A stretch of 34,326 nucleotides of DNA from NCBI GenBank assembly GCA_016187365.1, contig JACPJX010000018.1:1-34326 (forward strand), written 5' to 3'. This DNA is from Candidatus Aenigmatarchaeota archaeon (GTDB lineage: Archaea > Aenigmatarchaeota > Aenigmatarchaeia > GW2011-AR5). Under the pieces are notes generated by a model. The model saw only the letters and a program-made list of their open reading frames with translations. It was not told the DNA's origin and ran no database searches. The position numbers and the translations under genes are program-made. This document shows, in pieces, positions 16,035 to 25,145 of the stretch (its first letter is position 1; each line of letters starts with the position of its first letter).

Positions 16035-17583
16035 CTTTTATATGAGTTCTTTGGCTGATCATGGATTTCAGCTTTTTTTCTATTTCTTTCTCCGGCTTTT
16101 TGGTGAGCAATGCTATTGATGATGCGACCTCGCCGCTATAGCGTTCGAATATCTGTATGCGCCGCTTGGCTTCTCCGGCCCTCCTCTTGCCTGAGAGGTA
16201 TCTCGAGAGGTTCCTTCCGGCATCCTGCATTGCCAGTTTCATTTCCTTTACTATGTCGGGATAAGGCGCTATGGCCTCTTTGCTTTCCGATATGAACGGC
16301 ACCCACGCAGAGCACATATGAATGACAAGTATCATCGGTCCTGAAGGCAGATTCGAGCCCGACTGCTGGAGTCCGTACCTTTTCCAGTCTGTATCCTTCG
16401 CTGCCTCTGTCGTGGCGCACGCCCCTGCTTGGTACAGAAGAGGCACCCTGTTTGCAAGCCTTATGATTTCTATGGGCTCATCTGTCTTCATGTTTCCGCC
16501 ATAGATTATGCCGACTTCTATCTGGAAAGGGTTTCCCCTATAGACTTCCGGAGATCTGGTGAGGGTTGTTATGAATTCCGCCTCCGGATATTCCTTTTTC
16601 AAACTTCTTTCAAGTTCTTTCTCCCCTATGGGGGAAAGGCAGTCCAGCGGCGGGCGCTGCACCTTGGCCTTTTGCATCGCGCCAAGAAGTTTTTCTATGC
16701 CACCCCTTTCAAGTTCGGGAGGCTTCATGTTCGGCTCCAGTTTTGCCATGCTGCATATTTCTTTTGCAGTCTGCTGTCCTATCGACGAGAACTCGTTCAC
16801 GAGAAACGACTGAAGCGTGCGCGAACTCGTTTCTGTGAGAAACCTCTGGAGGATTCCGAATTCAACGCCATACGGGTGTATTTTTATTTCCTTCGGGGGG
16901 ACGGGCAGTTCGTTGACGCTTCTGGGGAACGTCATCTTCTCGCCGTCCGGGGCATGGTAGATGATTTTTGCAAACGGGTTGGATATTGAAGTCTGCTTCA
17001 GGTAATCGTCAACCCCCTGCGACTTCCTGTATCTCCCGAGTATGTCCATTTCAACCCTTATACCTGTTCCGGGTATCCCGTCATCGGTTTCTTCCTGCTT
17101 CACTATCTGGGGCTCATTCTTCTTCGTGTCTATCAGAAGCTCGAACATCTGGGACTTCTTTTTTTCGTCTGTTCTGGAAAGAACCCTCGTCGGATTTCCG
17201 GTGGTTAACTGGGAATAAAGAAGAACGGCTGATATCCCGATGCCTTGCTGACCGCGACTCTGACGTAAGCGATGAAATTTTGATCCATATAACAACTTGC
17301 CGAATATCCTTGGCACCTGTTCCTTGACTATGCCAGGTCCGTTGTCCTGAATCGATACTTTGTATACATCTTCTTTCAGGTTTTTTATTTTCACGGTTAT
17401 GTCAGGAAGTATCTCGGCCTCCTCGCAGGCGTCAAGCGAATTGTCGACCGCCTCCTTCACCGCCATGAGGAGCGCTTTTGTCGGGTTGTCGAACCCCAGA
17501 AGGTGCTTGTTTTTTTCGAAGAACTCCGAAATGCTGATTTCTTTCTGCTGCTTCGCGAAGTCTTCGGCTGTTTTTTTGGTCAT
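16009..17583 (-). CDS. top6B: DNA topoisomerase VI subunit B (GHKL ATPase)
   Basis: Bergerat-fold motifs are present (VKEAVDNSLDA, DNGPGI, GQQGIGISA). The protein is 524 aa. Confidence 0.95.
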   Translation of the reverse strand: MTKKTAEDFAKQQKEISISEFFEKNKHLLGFDNPTKALLMAVKEAVDNSLDACEEAEILPDITVKIKNLKEDVYKVSIQDNGPGIVKEQVPRIFGKLLYGSKFHRLRQSRGQQGIGISAVLLYSQLTTGNPTRVLSRTDEKKKSQMFELLIDTKKNEPQIVKQEETDDGIPGTGIRVEMDILGRYRKSQGVDDYLKQTSISNPFAKIIYHAPDGEKMTFPRSVNELPVPPKEIKIHPYGVEFGILQRFLTETSSRTLQSFLVNEFSSIGQQTAKEICSMAKLEPNMKPPELERGGIEKLLGAMQKAKVQRPPLDCLSPIGEKELERSLKKEYPEAEFITTLTRSPEVYRGNPFQIEVGIIYGGNMKTDEPIEIIRLANRVPLLYQAGACATTEAAKDTDWKRYGLQQSGSNLPSGPMILVIHMCSAWVPFISESKEAIAPYPDIVKEMKLAMQDAGRNLSRYLSGKRRAGEAKRRIQIFERYSGEVASSIALLTKKPEKEIEKKLKSMISQRTHIKDDEEDKTE

Positions 17584-17588
17584 TTACA

Positions 17589-18104
17589 TCACTTGGATTC
17601 CTCGAGAAACTTATAGACAGACTTGTGCGTTTGGCCTTTTATCAGCTTTTCTATGGCATTGTAGGCCGCCCTGACGCCTTCATATTCGCCTATGATTGAA
17701 ACGGTCTTGCCGAACACGGAGATATGGGTTCCTGTCAGCAGTTCTATGTTTCTTCTCGACTTTCCCTTGGTTCCTATTAATCTTGATTTTATCCTATTTA
17801 ATTCTTTTCTTTCCTTTGGCAGATTTATTATCTCCAGTGCATTCTCCTCTTTGCAGAGAATCATCGCGACATCCGGTGGAAATCCCCTGCCTATCGCCTT
17901 CACTATGTTTTCCGCCGCCATCACGTCTACAGATTCCCCGTCTATGCTGATTTCATCTTCCACGCTTATTGCGGTATTGGTGGATTTTTGTATTTCCCTC
18001 TTTGTGCTGCCATTCCTTCCTATAAGAACCGGAATCCTTTCTTCAGGTATCTTGATTTTTCTTATCATTTGCATAGAATATAATGGAACGGTTTTTATAG
18101 CCAT
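17589..18104 (-). CDS. KH-domain RNA-binding protein (Dim2/Pno1-like)
   Basis: Two KH modules are present (IPVLIGRNGSTKREIQ; IGTKGKSRRNIELLTG). The gene neighbours aIF1A, as is common in archaea. Confidence 0.85.
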   Translation of the reverse strand: MAIKTVPLYSMQMIRKIKIPEERIPVLIGRNGSTKREIQKSTNTAISVEDEISIDGESVDVMAAENIVKAIGRGFPPDVAMILCKEENALEIINLPKERKELNRIKSRLIGTKGKSRRNIELLTGTHISVFGKTVSIIGEYEGVRAAYNAIEKLIKGQTHKSVYKFLEESK

Positions 18105-18116
18105 GCTAAGAATCTG

Positions 18117-18398
18117 CTAAATTGTCAGGATGCCCTTCCTTTTCAGCCACCCGGCCTGTGTCGGGTTGTATTTGTATACTATGTCGCCGTGGTTGTCGCC
18201 CTGTATTTCCCATATCTTCACGAGAACGGCGTCGCCTTCCCTCATCCATATCCTTTTCCTCATTTTTCCCGGTATTCTGCACAGCCGTATCTTGTTGTCC
18301 TGGCAGAACACCTTGAGCTTGTTGGAGCCCATGAGGCTCTCGATTATTCCCAGGACCTCGCCCCTGCCCGGCTTTCTTACCCTTATCTCCTCTTCCAT
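18117..18398 (-). CDS. eif1a: translation initiation factor aIF1A
   Basis: The S1-like OB fold pattern is present (GEVLGIIESLMGSNKLKVFCQDNKIRLCRIPGKMRKRIWMREGDAVLV). Confidence 0.9.
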   Translation of the reverse strand: MEEEIRVRKPGRGEVLGIIESLMGSNKLKVFCQDNKIRLCRIPGKMRKRIWMREGDAVLVKIWEIQGDNHGDIVYKYNPTQAGWLKRKGILTI

Positions 18399-18399
18399 G

Positions 18400-19017
18400 C
18401 TATCTTACAGAATAGTAGTTTCTATAAAGCTTTGTGCCCTTCTTTTCGCCGACCAGCTTGTACGATTCATTGACGTCAAATTTTTTTCTCGTGAACTGTA
18501 TGGCTTCTGAGGCATTTTTCTTGTCGATTATCCTGACATCATAGCCGTTTTTCACCCGCATAACACGGGCGACCGTCCTCGAAGGAAGGATATTTTTCAG
18601 CGCGGCAATTATTCTTTCACTCCTTCCGCCCCTGACCTGTATGACAGCCTCGTGGTAGTTTCCGGATATCTTTATGCAGTTTTCGCATTTGTGCCTCCTT
18701 ACAGTTATGCAGGTTATTTTTGTCTCTTTTTTGGGTATGCCGGATATGGAGCCTGTGCATGTCACGCCGGCCAGTATCCTGTTTCCTTTCAGGTTCTTTG
18801 ATATAGAAACGCCTTTTATTTTGCCGCATGGTTTTATCATGCCGTTTATCATATCATTTACGGCGACTGCCTTGCGCCTGTCATGGTGCGCGCCGCACAT
18901 TTCGCAGAAATAAATAGTGGTTCTCGGCTCTATTTCAAACAGGTTGTTCGCCTTCAGGAAGCACGCGCGGCAGAAGTTGCCCCTCACCGCGCCTTTCCCA
19001 CATCTTATGCAGAACAT
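18400..19017 (-). CDS. NMD3-family (COG1499-like) zinc-ribbon protein
   Basis: The N-terminus has CxxC clusters (CIRCG...CRAC...CEMCG) and there is an internal CENC. The length and pattern fit archaeal NMD3 homologues. Confidence 0.7.
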   Translation of the reverse strand: MFCIRCGKGAVRGNFCRACFLKANNLFEIEPRTTIYFCEMCGAHHDRRKAVAVNDMINGMIKPCGKIKGVSISKNLKGNRILAGVTCTGSISGIPKKETKITCITVRRHKCENCIKISGNYHEAVIQVRGGRSERIIAALKNILPSRTVARVMRVKNGYDVRIIDKKNASEAIQFTRKKFDVNESYKLVGEKKGTKLYRNYYSVR

Positions 19018-19065
19018 ATAGTAAGTCTCAGGGAAATCCTTAAATCCGCAGATTTGAATTCCTCT

Positions 19066-20085
19066 CTAGAATATCTTCCAGTAATCAATGCCTATTTCAT
19101 ACGGATCCATGTCGTATACAAGGATTCCCGCCCTGCCGGTGGACTGGGGGATGTTTTTTCTCGTGGGGTCGAGCCTGTAGAACTCGCCGCCTGACCACAT
19201 GACGGCCGACTTGATGAGGATGCTTGTGTTCCCTTCGATCCTGTCATAGTCAGCCATCCATACAGTCCTGCCTTTCGGCCCCGTTTTCCTGCCCTTTGCC
19301 AGCGAGAACATGCCGTTTCGGTCTATTATTATTGTGTCGTCGTCGACGCCTATCCTGTTTACGGATGGCCCTTTGTTGAATTTTCCGAGGCCGCTTTCAT
19401 CGCCGCTCATGTTTGAGAAATACTTGTATACTTTGAACGATATGTTGGCCGGGAAGTCGTTGCCGTAGAAAACCCCGTTGCCTGAAGGGGCGCCTCCCGG
19501 CTCCCATTCAATCCCGAAAATGCTTTTTATGGTTTCAGTTTGGTCCTCCGTTATATCCGCCAGCATGAAAACGCCGCCGCCGCCGGCAAGGAATTTGTCT
19601 ATCTGGGTTTTGTACTGGCTCAGGTTGTTGTAGCCGAAGAAGAACAATACGTCTGTTTCGCGCCTTATGAGTATCGTATTCTGGAGTATTTCAGTTTTCT
19701 CCACGCCTATTCTTATACCGCGCCCGTGATACCCGAATTCGCGCGGGCTCATGATGTTTTCAAGGGAATCTTTTTCGCCGTCTGTGCAGACGCACCCGAT
19801 TAGTATATCATTGTCGGGTATGCCGCTCACCGAAACCGAGAAGTCTATGTTCTTCTTTATGATGGACGAAAGCTCCGAATTCAGGCCGGAGGCGTCGTTG
19901 TTCCTGACATATTCCGCAAGGCTGCCGCTCTTGTACAGACTTTCCAGGGTGTCGTATACCTCAAGATGGAGGTTGCTTTCCTCCCACCCGAGGCTTTTCA
20001 CGGACGGCGCGAAGAAAAACGTGAGCGCCGAAAGTATCACAACCGATGCTATTATGGATTCGAGTATCCTGATGAACCCCTTCAT
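19066..20085 (-). CDS. large class III signal-peptide (prepilin-like) protein with globular C-terminal domain (339 aa)
   Basis: The start was moved to ATG 20085 (MKGFIRILESIIASVVILSALTFFF). That ATG overlaps the TGA of the upstream pilin gene (ATGA coupling). The longer track ORF would run through that gene. Confidence 0.75.
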   Translation of the reverse strand: MKGFIRILESIIASVVILSALTFFFAPSVKSLGWEESNLHLEVYDTLESLYKSGSLAEYVRNNDASGLNSELSSIIKKNIDFSVSVSGIPDNDILIGCVCTDGEKDSLENIMSPREFGYHGRGIRIGVEKTEILQNTILIRRETDVLFFFGYNNLSQYKTQIDKFLAGGGGVFMLADITEDQTETIKSIFGIEWEPGGAPSGNGVFYGNDFPANISFKVYKYFSNMSGDESGLGKFNKGPSVNRIGVDDDTIIIDRNGMFSLAKGRKTGPKGRTVWMADYDRIEGNTSILIKSAVMWSGGEFYRLDPTRKNIPQSTGRAGILVYDMDPYEIGIDYWKIF

Positions 20086-20573
20086 AGTATCACCTTTATG
20101 TTTAATTTGACTATTCCATAACCCCCGGAGAAAAATGTCCTGTCGGCCTGGACTATGTTTCTTACCCGGCTCTCGACCTTTGGCGAGCAGATGGCAAGGG
20201 TTTCTCCGGACAACTTCGATATGTTCAGGTACACGTCCTTGGAAAATTCCAGGCCTATCAGGGAAACGAATTTTTTGTACCCGTTTTCGGATTCGCACAA
20301 TTCTTTCAGGCTGTTTATCTTGCCGTCATCAAGCGAGTAGAAGCCGGAAGATAATCCTATCCTCAGGACGTTGCCGGCATTCCAGTTTTCCGGATAGCCT
20401 TCGTCGAATGCGATGACATTGGATACCTGGAAGGCGGACGACTTCATGTCCTCGACAGAAAGCTCGCGCCTCAGCACCGAAACGCCGTTTATTATCTGTA
20501 TCGTTATGAAGCTCATGACGCTGAGAAAAACCATCACCGATATTATGAACTCAAAGTTTACTTGGCCTTTCAT
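20082..20573 (-). CDS. type IV pilin-like protein (class III signal peptide)
   Basis: The N-terminus is MKG|QVNFEFIISVMVFLSVMSFITI, with Gln at +1 and Glu at +5 followed by a hydrophobic helix. Confidence 0.75.
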   Translation of the reverse strand: MKGQVNFEFIISVMVFLSVMSFITIQIINGVSVLRRELSVEDMKSSAFQVSNVIAFDEGYPENWNAGNVLRIGLSSGFYSLDDGKINSLKELCESENGYKKFVSLIGLEFSKDVYLNISKLSGETLAICSPKVESRVRNIVQADRTFFSGGYGIVKLNIKVIL

Positions 20574-20589
20574 GACATCACTGCATTTT

Positions 20590-21528
20590 CTACACGAGCC
20601 CGAGCTTTGTCACTACCATGAATATTGAAAAGCCCGAAATAAGCATCAGGAGGCTGTGCTTCAGCCCCGCGACCACCGAATCGTTCGATATCTGCCCCGC
20701 TATCAGGCCGGTGAAAAGGCCCTGTATCATTATCATGGTCAGGAACAGGGACTTGTAGTACGCCGACGCTTCCTCCCTCTTTCCCAGGTCGAACGAGTCC
20801 GACACGAGGAAGAATGCATGGCAGCCTATGCACATCGAGTCCGGGCTCGCCACGCATATTGCGCAGGGGTTTGAATTGAAGTTTTCCAGGACCACGAAAC
20901 CCCCTATCTGGTTCTGCGTCTGCAGGAGCGGAATCAGGAATTTTATGAGGGCAAGCGTTATCCCGAGAAAAATAAAGAATATGGCGTACATCATGACGAC
21001 TTGCTGGTTAAGCATCAGGGATTTTTCCTGCTGAACATCCTTTATGGATTCTATATTGGATGCCAGGGACTCCATGACATCCTCTATGTTTCCGCCTGAC
21101 TTGTTGGCCTGCATTATTATTATGATGGACCTTCTTATTATGTCGCTTTTTCCCATTTTGTGCGAGAATTTTTTCAGCACCTTTTCAAGCGGGACGTTCC
21201 AGCTCAGCTGGTCGCTCATCTTCCTTAACTCCTTGGTCAGGGCCCCGTATTCGGATTTTGACGCCGTTTTTATGGCCTCTATTATACTGAGGCCGGCCCT
21301 CTGGGACTCTGCTATGTCCCGCAGGAAGTTGGGGAACTCATTCTCGTACGCCTTGATCCTCTTGAGTTCTACGAACTTGAAGGCGCTGTAAGGCACGGCG
21401 AGTATCAGTACTGCGGCGAGAATCATGTTGAACGACACGGCGGCGCTTGGGGAGAATATTATCGCGATTGTTATCATTGCCGCCGCCGCGGCGCCCGAAA
21501 ATACAAGTATTCTGTTTTCACTGTCCAT
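20590..21528 (-). CDS. type IV pilus/archaellum platform protein, single T2SSF (TadC/FlaJ-half) domain
   Basis: The T2SSF pattern is present (FPNFLRDIAESQRAGLSIIEAI...SWNVPLEKVLKKF...GGNIEDVMESLA) followed by TM helices. An unusual CAIC...CIGCH cluster is also present. Confidence 0.85.
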   Translation of the reverse strand: MDSENRILVFSGAAAAAMITIAIIFSPSAAVSFNMILAAVLILAVPYSAFKFVELKRIKAYENEFPNFLRDIAESQRAGLSIIEAIKTASKSEYGALTKELRKMSDQLSWNVPLEKVLKKFSHKMGKSDIIRRSIIIIMQANKSGGNIEDVMESLASNIESIKDVQQEKSLMLNQQVVMMYAIFFIFLGITLALIKFLIPLLQTQNQIGGFVVLENFNSNPCAICVASPDSMCIGCHAFFLVSDSFDLGKREEASAYYKSLFLTMIMIQGLFTGLIAGQISNDSVVAGLKHSLLMLISGFSIFMVVTKLGLV

Positions 21529-21598
21529 ATAATTATATAATCAACGCGTAGTATTTAGCATTTGATTGTATCCAGAATAAGTATGATGGCGGACGTGA

Positions 21599-21709
21599 GG
21601 GGCATTGTGTTTCCACAATACCCCTATAGTGAAACCAGAAAAGAATCCGGACATGAATTCTGGTTTCACATATAGTTCGCAAGGAAACTAATATCCTGAA
21701 TGTTTCCTT
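21599..21709 (-). other. three consecutive stable hairpins in the spacer between the two platform genes (candidate structured RNA or processing element)
   Basis: Hairpin 21681-21709 has 8 bp. Hairpin 21629-21669 has 12 perfect bp. Hairpin 21599-21624 has 11 bp, and on the minus strand it closes with a GAAA loop and contains a G-U pair that would be a C-A mismatch on the plus strand. Confidence 0.35.
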
Positions 21710-21809
21710 GGAGAACTATAGCTGCAGTATCTGCGGAGAACTTCGTTCTCGGCGGATACCGCTACGTCGATGCTTTTACTGGATTTTCTACAGAGATGTA
21801 TTTGATATT

Positions 21810-22667
21810 TTATTCCAGGGGTGACATAGACTTTATTATGACTATGAACCCGCTTGAAAGCGCCGGCAGGAGGCCGAACACCACGAAGCTCTGGATGAGG
21901 GTCGTGCTGGAATCGCTTGATATGGTCGCTATTATCGCCGAGAGTATTATGAAGAATATGGAGCCTGTTATTATGAGGGTGAGGTATATTTCCACGTAAA
22001 GGGACAGGTCCTGGGAATATTTTCTTATGCTTCTTCTGTAGTCTGCCATGAGGTCGTCGCTTTTCTGCTTCAGGAAGGATGTGAGGTCGCCTCCGGACTC
22101 GAGTATGGTGTTCATGCTCCACAGGAGTTCCTTCAGGTCTTTCGAGGGCGTCCTCTTGGCCCATTTCTTCAGTGCCGACGAGACTGTAAGGCCGAAAAAT
22201 TCTATATCCCTTGCCACGTTCGAGCAGAGTTTCGATATCTCCCCGTACTCCTTGAAATCGCCCATGGACTTGAACATGACTATCGGGTTGGGTCTGGAAC
22301 TTGATATCACGGACATGTACGAGACCGCGAACGGAAGGGTTTTCTTGATGCTCTTTTCCTTTGATTTCGACATCGTAGTGGGGTATGAATAGAAAAGGAA
22401 GAATATGAAGCTCGATATCCCGAGCGCAAGCATGAATCCAAGGACAAGCGCCATTACTATGCCGACGAGAAGCGCGAAAATGAACGAAAGAAGTATTGCC
22501 TCGAAGAAGAACGTGATAAAAAAGATGAACATGGCCATCGACAGGTATTCCTCAAGCGTGTAGGTGATGCCGGCCCGCTGAAGATCATCCTTGAGGTCGA
22601 GAAAGTATGGTTTTATCTTCCTGGCTGCCTCGCCGAATATGTTTCCCGCTATTTCCGAGTAAGGCAT
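21810..22667 (-). CDS. type IV pilus/archaellum platform protein, single T2SSF (TadB/FlaJ-half) domain
   Basis: The T2SSF pattern is present (LPFAVSYMSVISSSRPNPIVMF...VARDIEFFGLTVSSALKKWA...ILESGGDLTSFL) with flanking TM helices. Confidence 0.85.
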   Translation of the reverse strand: MPYSEIAGNIFGEAARKIKPYFLDLKDDLQRAGITYTLEEYLSMAMFIFFITFFFEAILLSFIFALLVGIVMALVLGFMLALGISSFIFFLFYSYPTTMSKSKEKSIKKTLPFAVSYMSVISSSRPNPIVMFKSMGDFKEYGEISKLCSNVARDIEFFGLTVSSALKKWAKRTPSKDLKELLWSMNTILESGGDLTSFLKQKSDDLMADYRRSIRKYSQDLSLYVEIYLTLIITGSIFFIILSAIIATISSDSSTTLIQSFVVFGLLPALSSGFIVIIKSMSPLE

Positions 22668-22668
22668 T

Positions 22669-24684
22669 TCAGATACCTATCTTTTTCATTACGAATTCCG
22701 GGGAGATGTAGTAAAGATTTATAACCGATGACACTTTTCTGTAGTCGTTTATGTTTCTGTCTGAAAGCCACTGGAGTATGGCGGCCCTCCTCTTTATCTC
22801 CTCGTTTATGTCGCCATCAGTCATGTTTGACTTCTCGGCTATCTTCCTCAGTATTGTGCTTTTGGATGCGGATGCGAACGTGTCGCTCGAAGGGTTCCAT
22901 TTTATTATTTCATTGACGACCGGCCGGTTATTGGGATCGACCCCGAGCATTTCCACCACCGAATCGATTCTTCTTTTGTACTTGTTCCCGCGCTTTATCC
23001 TCCTTATGAATATCACCAGGTCGAGATTTTCGAGGAGGTTCGGCGGGAGTTCTATGGGGGGCGTTATGAGTCTGTCAACGAGCTTCTGGAAGCTGTCGGC
23101 ATGTATCGTCGAGAATCCGGCGTGGCCGGTGGCCATCTGCTGGAAGAGCACGTAAGCCTCCTTCCCCCTGACCTCGCCGACTATTATGTAGTCGGGCCTC
23201 TGCCTCAGCGATTCCCTCAGCAGTTCGAACATGTCAACTTCCCTGCCGACGGCTATGGATGTCCTGGCCACCTCGGGAACCCAGTGGGAGTGCGGAAGCC
23301 TGAGTTCAGCCGTGTCCTCTATGCTGACTATCTTCATCTGCGGCTTTATGAAGAGCGAGAAGGCGTTCAGGAGTGATGTCTTTCCGGTCGCGGTGCCCCC
23401 GGAAACAAGTATCGATGACATGTGCTCCACGGCGAACCACACGAGGGCCATGGTCTTCAGGTCGCACATCCCGCTCCTTATGAGGTCGACGGGCGTCAGC
23501 GGCTCTTCTGTGAACATCCTTATGGTGAAATTGCTGCCGTGCCTTGCTATGTCGCTCCCGAGCGTGGCCTGGACCCTGCTTCCGTCCGGGAGGGTGCCGT
23601 CAAGGAGGGGCTTCGCGACTGAGACGGATTTTCCGCATCTCTCGGCAAGCTTGTTCACGAAAGAGTCTGCGGATTCCTTGTCCTCAAACGCGGTGTTGGT
23701 TTTTATGGAGCCTATCTTGCCGTTCCTGTGGTACACGAATATCGGGATTCCGATGCCGTCGCATGAAATGTCTTCTATGTTGGGGTCCTGCATCAAAGGC
23801 TCTATCTTTTCCAGCCCTATGAAATCCCTTATGACGTAGTATCTTATGTCATCGAGGGATTTCTGGTCTATCCTTATCCTGAGAAACTTCACGGCCTTCT
23901 CGAAAATCCCCAGTATGTAGTTCACCGCCTCGTCCCTTTTTATGTGGCCGAAATTCACGTCCACCTTTTCCTGTATGTAGTCCTTTATTTCCTCCAGTAT
24001 GGCCTTTTTTCTCGCGTCGATGTGCGGCTCGACAAGGTTGTACACCATTTCGCTTCTTGTTTTGTCGAAATGTATGTCGACATAGGCGTATACGCGCTCG
24101 CCTTCCTTCGGTTTTTTCGGAATCAGCGGGTATTTCATTGCGACGGAATTGGGGTCGAACGAGGCGTCCTCTTCGTATTTTTTGGTCTGGATTTCGGGTA
24201 TCAATATTCCGTCCACGGCCCGCGGGCTCTGCGGGGCATTCAGCAGCTGAAACGCTTCTGCTGCCGGTTGCAATATGCCAGACTCAGGCATCAATATGCC
24301 CTGCGCAGCCTTCGGAAGCGTTTCTAAAGGCATGCGCTTGAACCGTATTCTTTTTTTCACTGTAATGTCAGGCGTCTCATCCCTGATTTTGCCTATTGTT
24401 ATCTGCCTTGGTTTTGCTCTGGACAGTTCATCTTTTATCAAACTTCTTATGTATTCAGCGGACATGTCATTGCGTTCCTTCATTTCTATCCTTACAGGCC
24501 TTCTGGCATGCACGCTGGCAAGGTTCTTTTCCAGGTTTTCTATTTTTTTCACGAGAAAGTCTATTTCCGGCGGCCGGCTCCTGTGCGTTACTATAAGCTT
24601 TCTTCCAGAAAGTTTTGCGCCCAGGCCTTGCGGGCACCTTTCCCGCAGCCTTATTTTTTTCCCGTTTATCACAATATTATGCAT
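22669..24684 (-). CDS. FlaI/GspE/VirB11-family secretion ATPase with long N-terminal extension (671 aa)
   Basis: Walker A (SGGTATGKTSLLNA), a Walker B/Asp box (PDYIIVGEVRGKEAY) and a His box (GHAGFSTIHA) are present. Confidence 0.92.
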   Translation of the reverse strand: MHNIVINGKKIRLRERCPQGLGAKLSGRKLIVTHRSRPPEIDFLVKKIENLEKNLASVHARRPVRIEMKERNDMSAEYIRSLIKDELSRAKPRQITIGKIRDETPDITVKKRIRFKRMPLETLPKAAQGILMPESGILQPAAEAFQLLNAPQSPRAVDGILIPEIQTKKYEEDASFDPNSVAMKYPLIPKKPKEGERVYAYVDIHFDKTRSEMVYNLVEPHIDARKKAILEEIKDYIQEKVDVNFGHIKRDEAVNYILGIFEKAVKFLRIRIDQKSLDDIRYYVIRDFIGLEKIEPLMQDPNIEDISCDGIGIPIFVYHRNGKIGSIKTNTAFEDKESADSFVNKLAERCGKSVSVAKPLLDGTLPDGSRVQATLGSDIARHGSNFTIRMFTEEPLTPVDLIRSGMCDLKTMALVWFAVEHMSSILVSGGTATGKTSLLNAFSLFIKPQMKIVSIEDTAELRLPHSHWVPEVARTSIAVGREVDMFELLRESLRQRPDYIIVGEVRGKEAYVLFQQMATGHAGFSTIHADSFQKLVDRLITPPIELPPNLLENLDLVIFIRRIKRGNKYKRRIDSVVEMLGVDPNNRPVVNEIIKWNPSSDTFASASKSTILRKIAEKSNMTDGDINEEIKRRAAILQWLSDRNINDYRKVSSVINLYYISPEFVMKKIGI

Positions 24685-25123
24685 ATCTTTCAGCCCTTCT
24701 CACGTTTACGAGCCTTGTAAAGGCCGTTTTTTCCGAAACAATTTCTATGTACTGGGCGGTGCTCGGAACCTCGCCGTATATAATATGACTGCCGGATATA
24801 TTAAATTTGAACAGGTTTTTTGTGACGTTGATTTCAGGATTGTTTATGCTGTAAATTACCAGGCTGTCTCCTGACGCCTTTATGATGTAGACTTCGGACG
24901 CGATTTTGTCCGGGACCTTGACCACGACCTTGCCCTTCTCCGCCTTCTCGGCTTCTGTTATGCCGTTTATTATAGTGTTCGCTATGTTGTTGAAATTGCT
25001 GTAGACTATCGTGTCGTTCGCGGATTTCTGGACGTTCTGGAAATTTATTATGACGGCGGCGGTTATAGACATCCCTATCATGAAAAGCAGGATTTCGTTT
25101 ATTATATTGTTCTGTCCCTTCAT
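24677..25123 (-). CDS. type IV pilin-like protein (class III signal peptide)
   Basis: The N-terminus is MKG|QNNIINEILLFMIGMSITAAVII. The gene overlaps the ATPase start by 8 nt. Confidence 0.7.
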   Translation of the reverse strand: MKGQNNIINEILLFMIGMSITAAVIINFQNVQKSANDTIVYSNFNNIANTIINGITEAEKAEKGKVVVKVPDKIASEVYIIKASGDSLVIYSINNPEINVTKNLFKFNISGSHIIYGEVPSTAQYIEIVSEKTAFTRLVNVRRAERYA

Positions 25124-25145
25124 GCTATAATTTATTGCCGGCCGC

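Noticed and set aside
20086-20298. N-terminal 71 aa of ORF 19066-20298
   Set aside because: It overlaps the 3' end of the upstream pilin gene in another frame and is Arg/Pro-rich. Met72 gives a perfect MKG class III signal peptide with ATGA stop/start coupling.
21541-21654. 37-aa minus-strand ORF (MSGFFSGFTIGVLWKH...) inside the spacer hairpins
   Set aside because: Its ATG lies in the loop of the 12-bp hairpin. It has no promoter or SD and no pilin-like or other motif, so it is more likely fortuitous.
21583-21699. C/D-box sRNA in the pilus-operon spacer (plus-strand ATGATGG ... CTGA)
   Set aside because: The boxes are about 110 nt apart, roughly twice the usual archaeal C/D sRNA length. The C box is imperfect, there are no C'/D' boxes, and the hairpin evidence favours the opposite strand.
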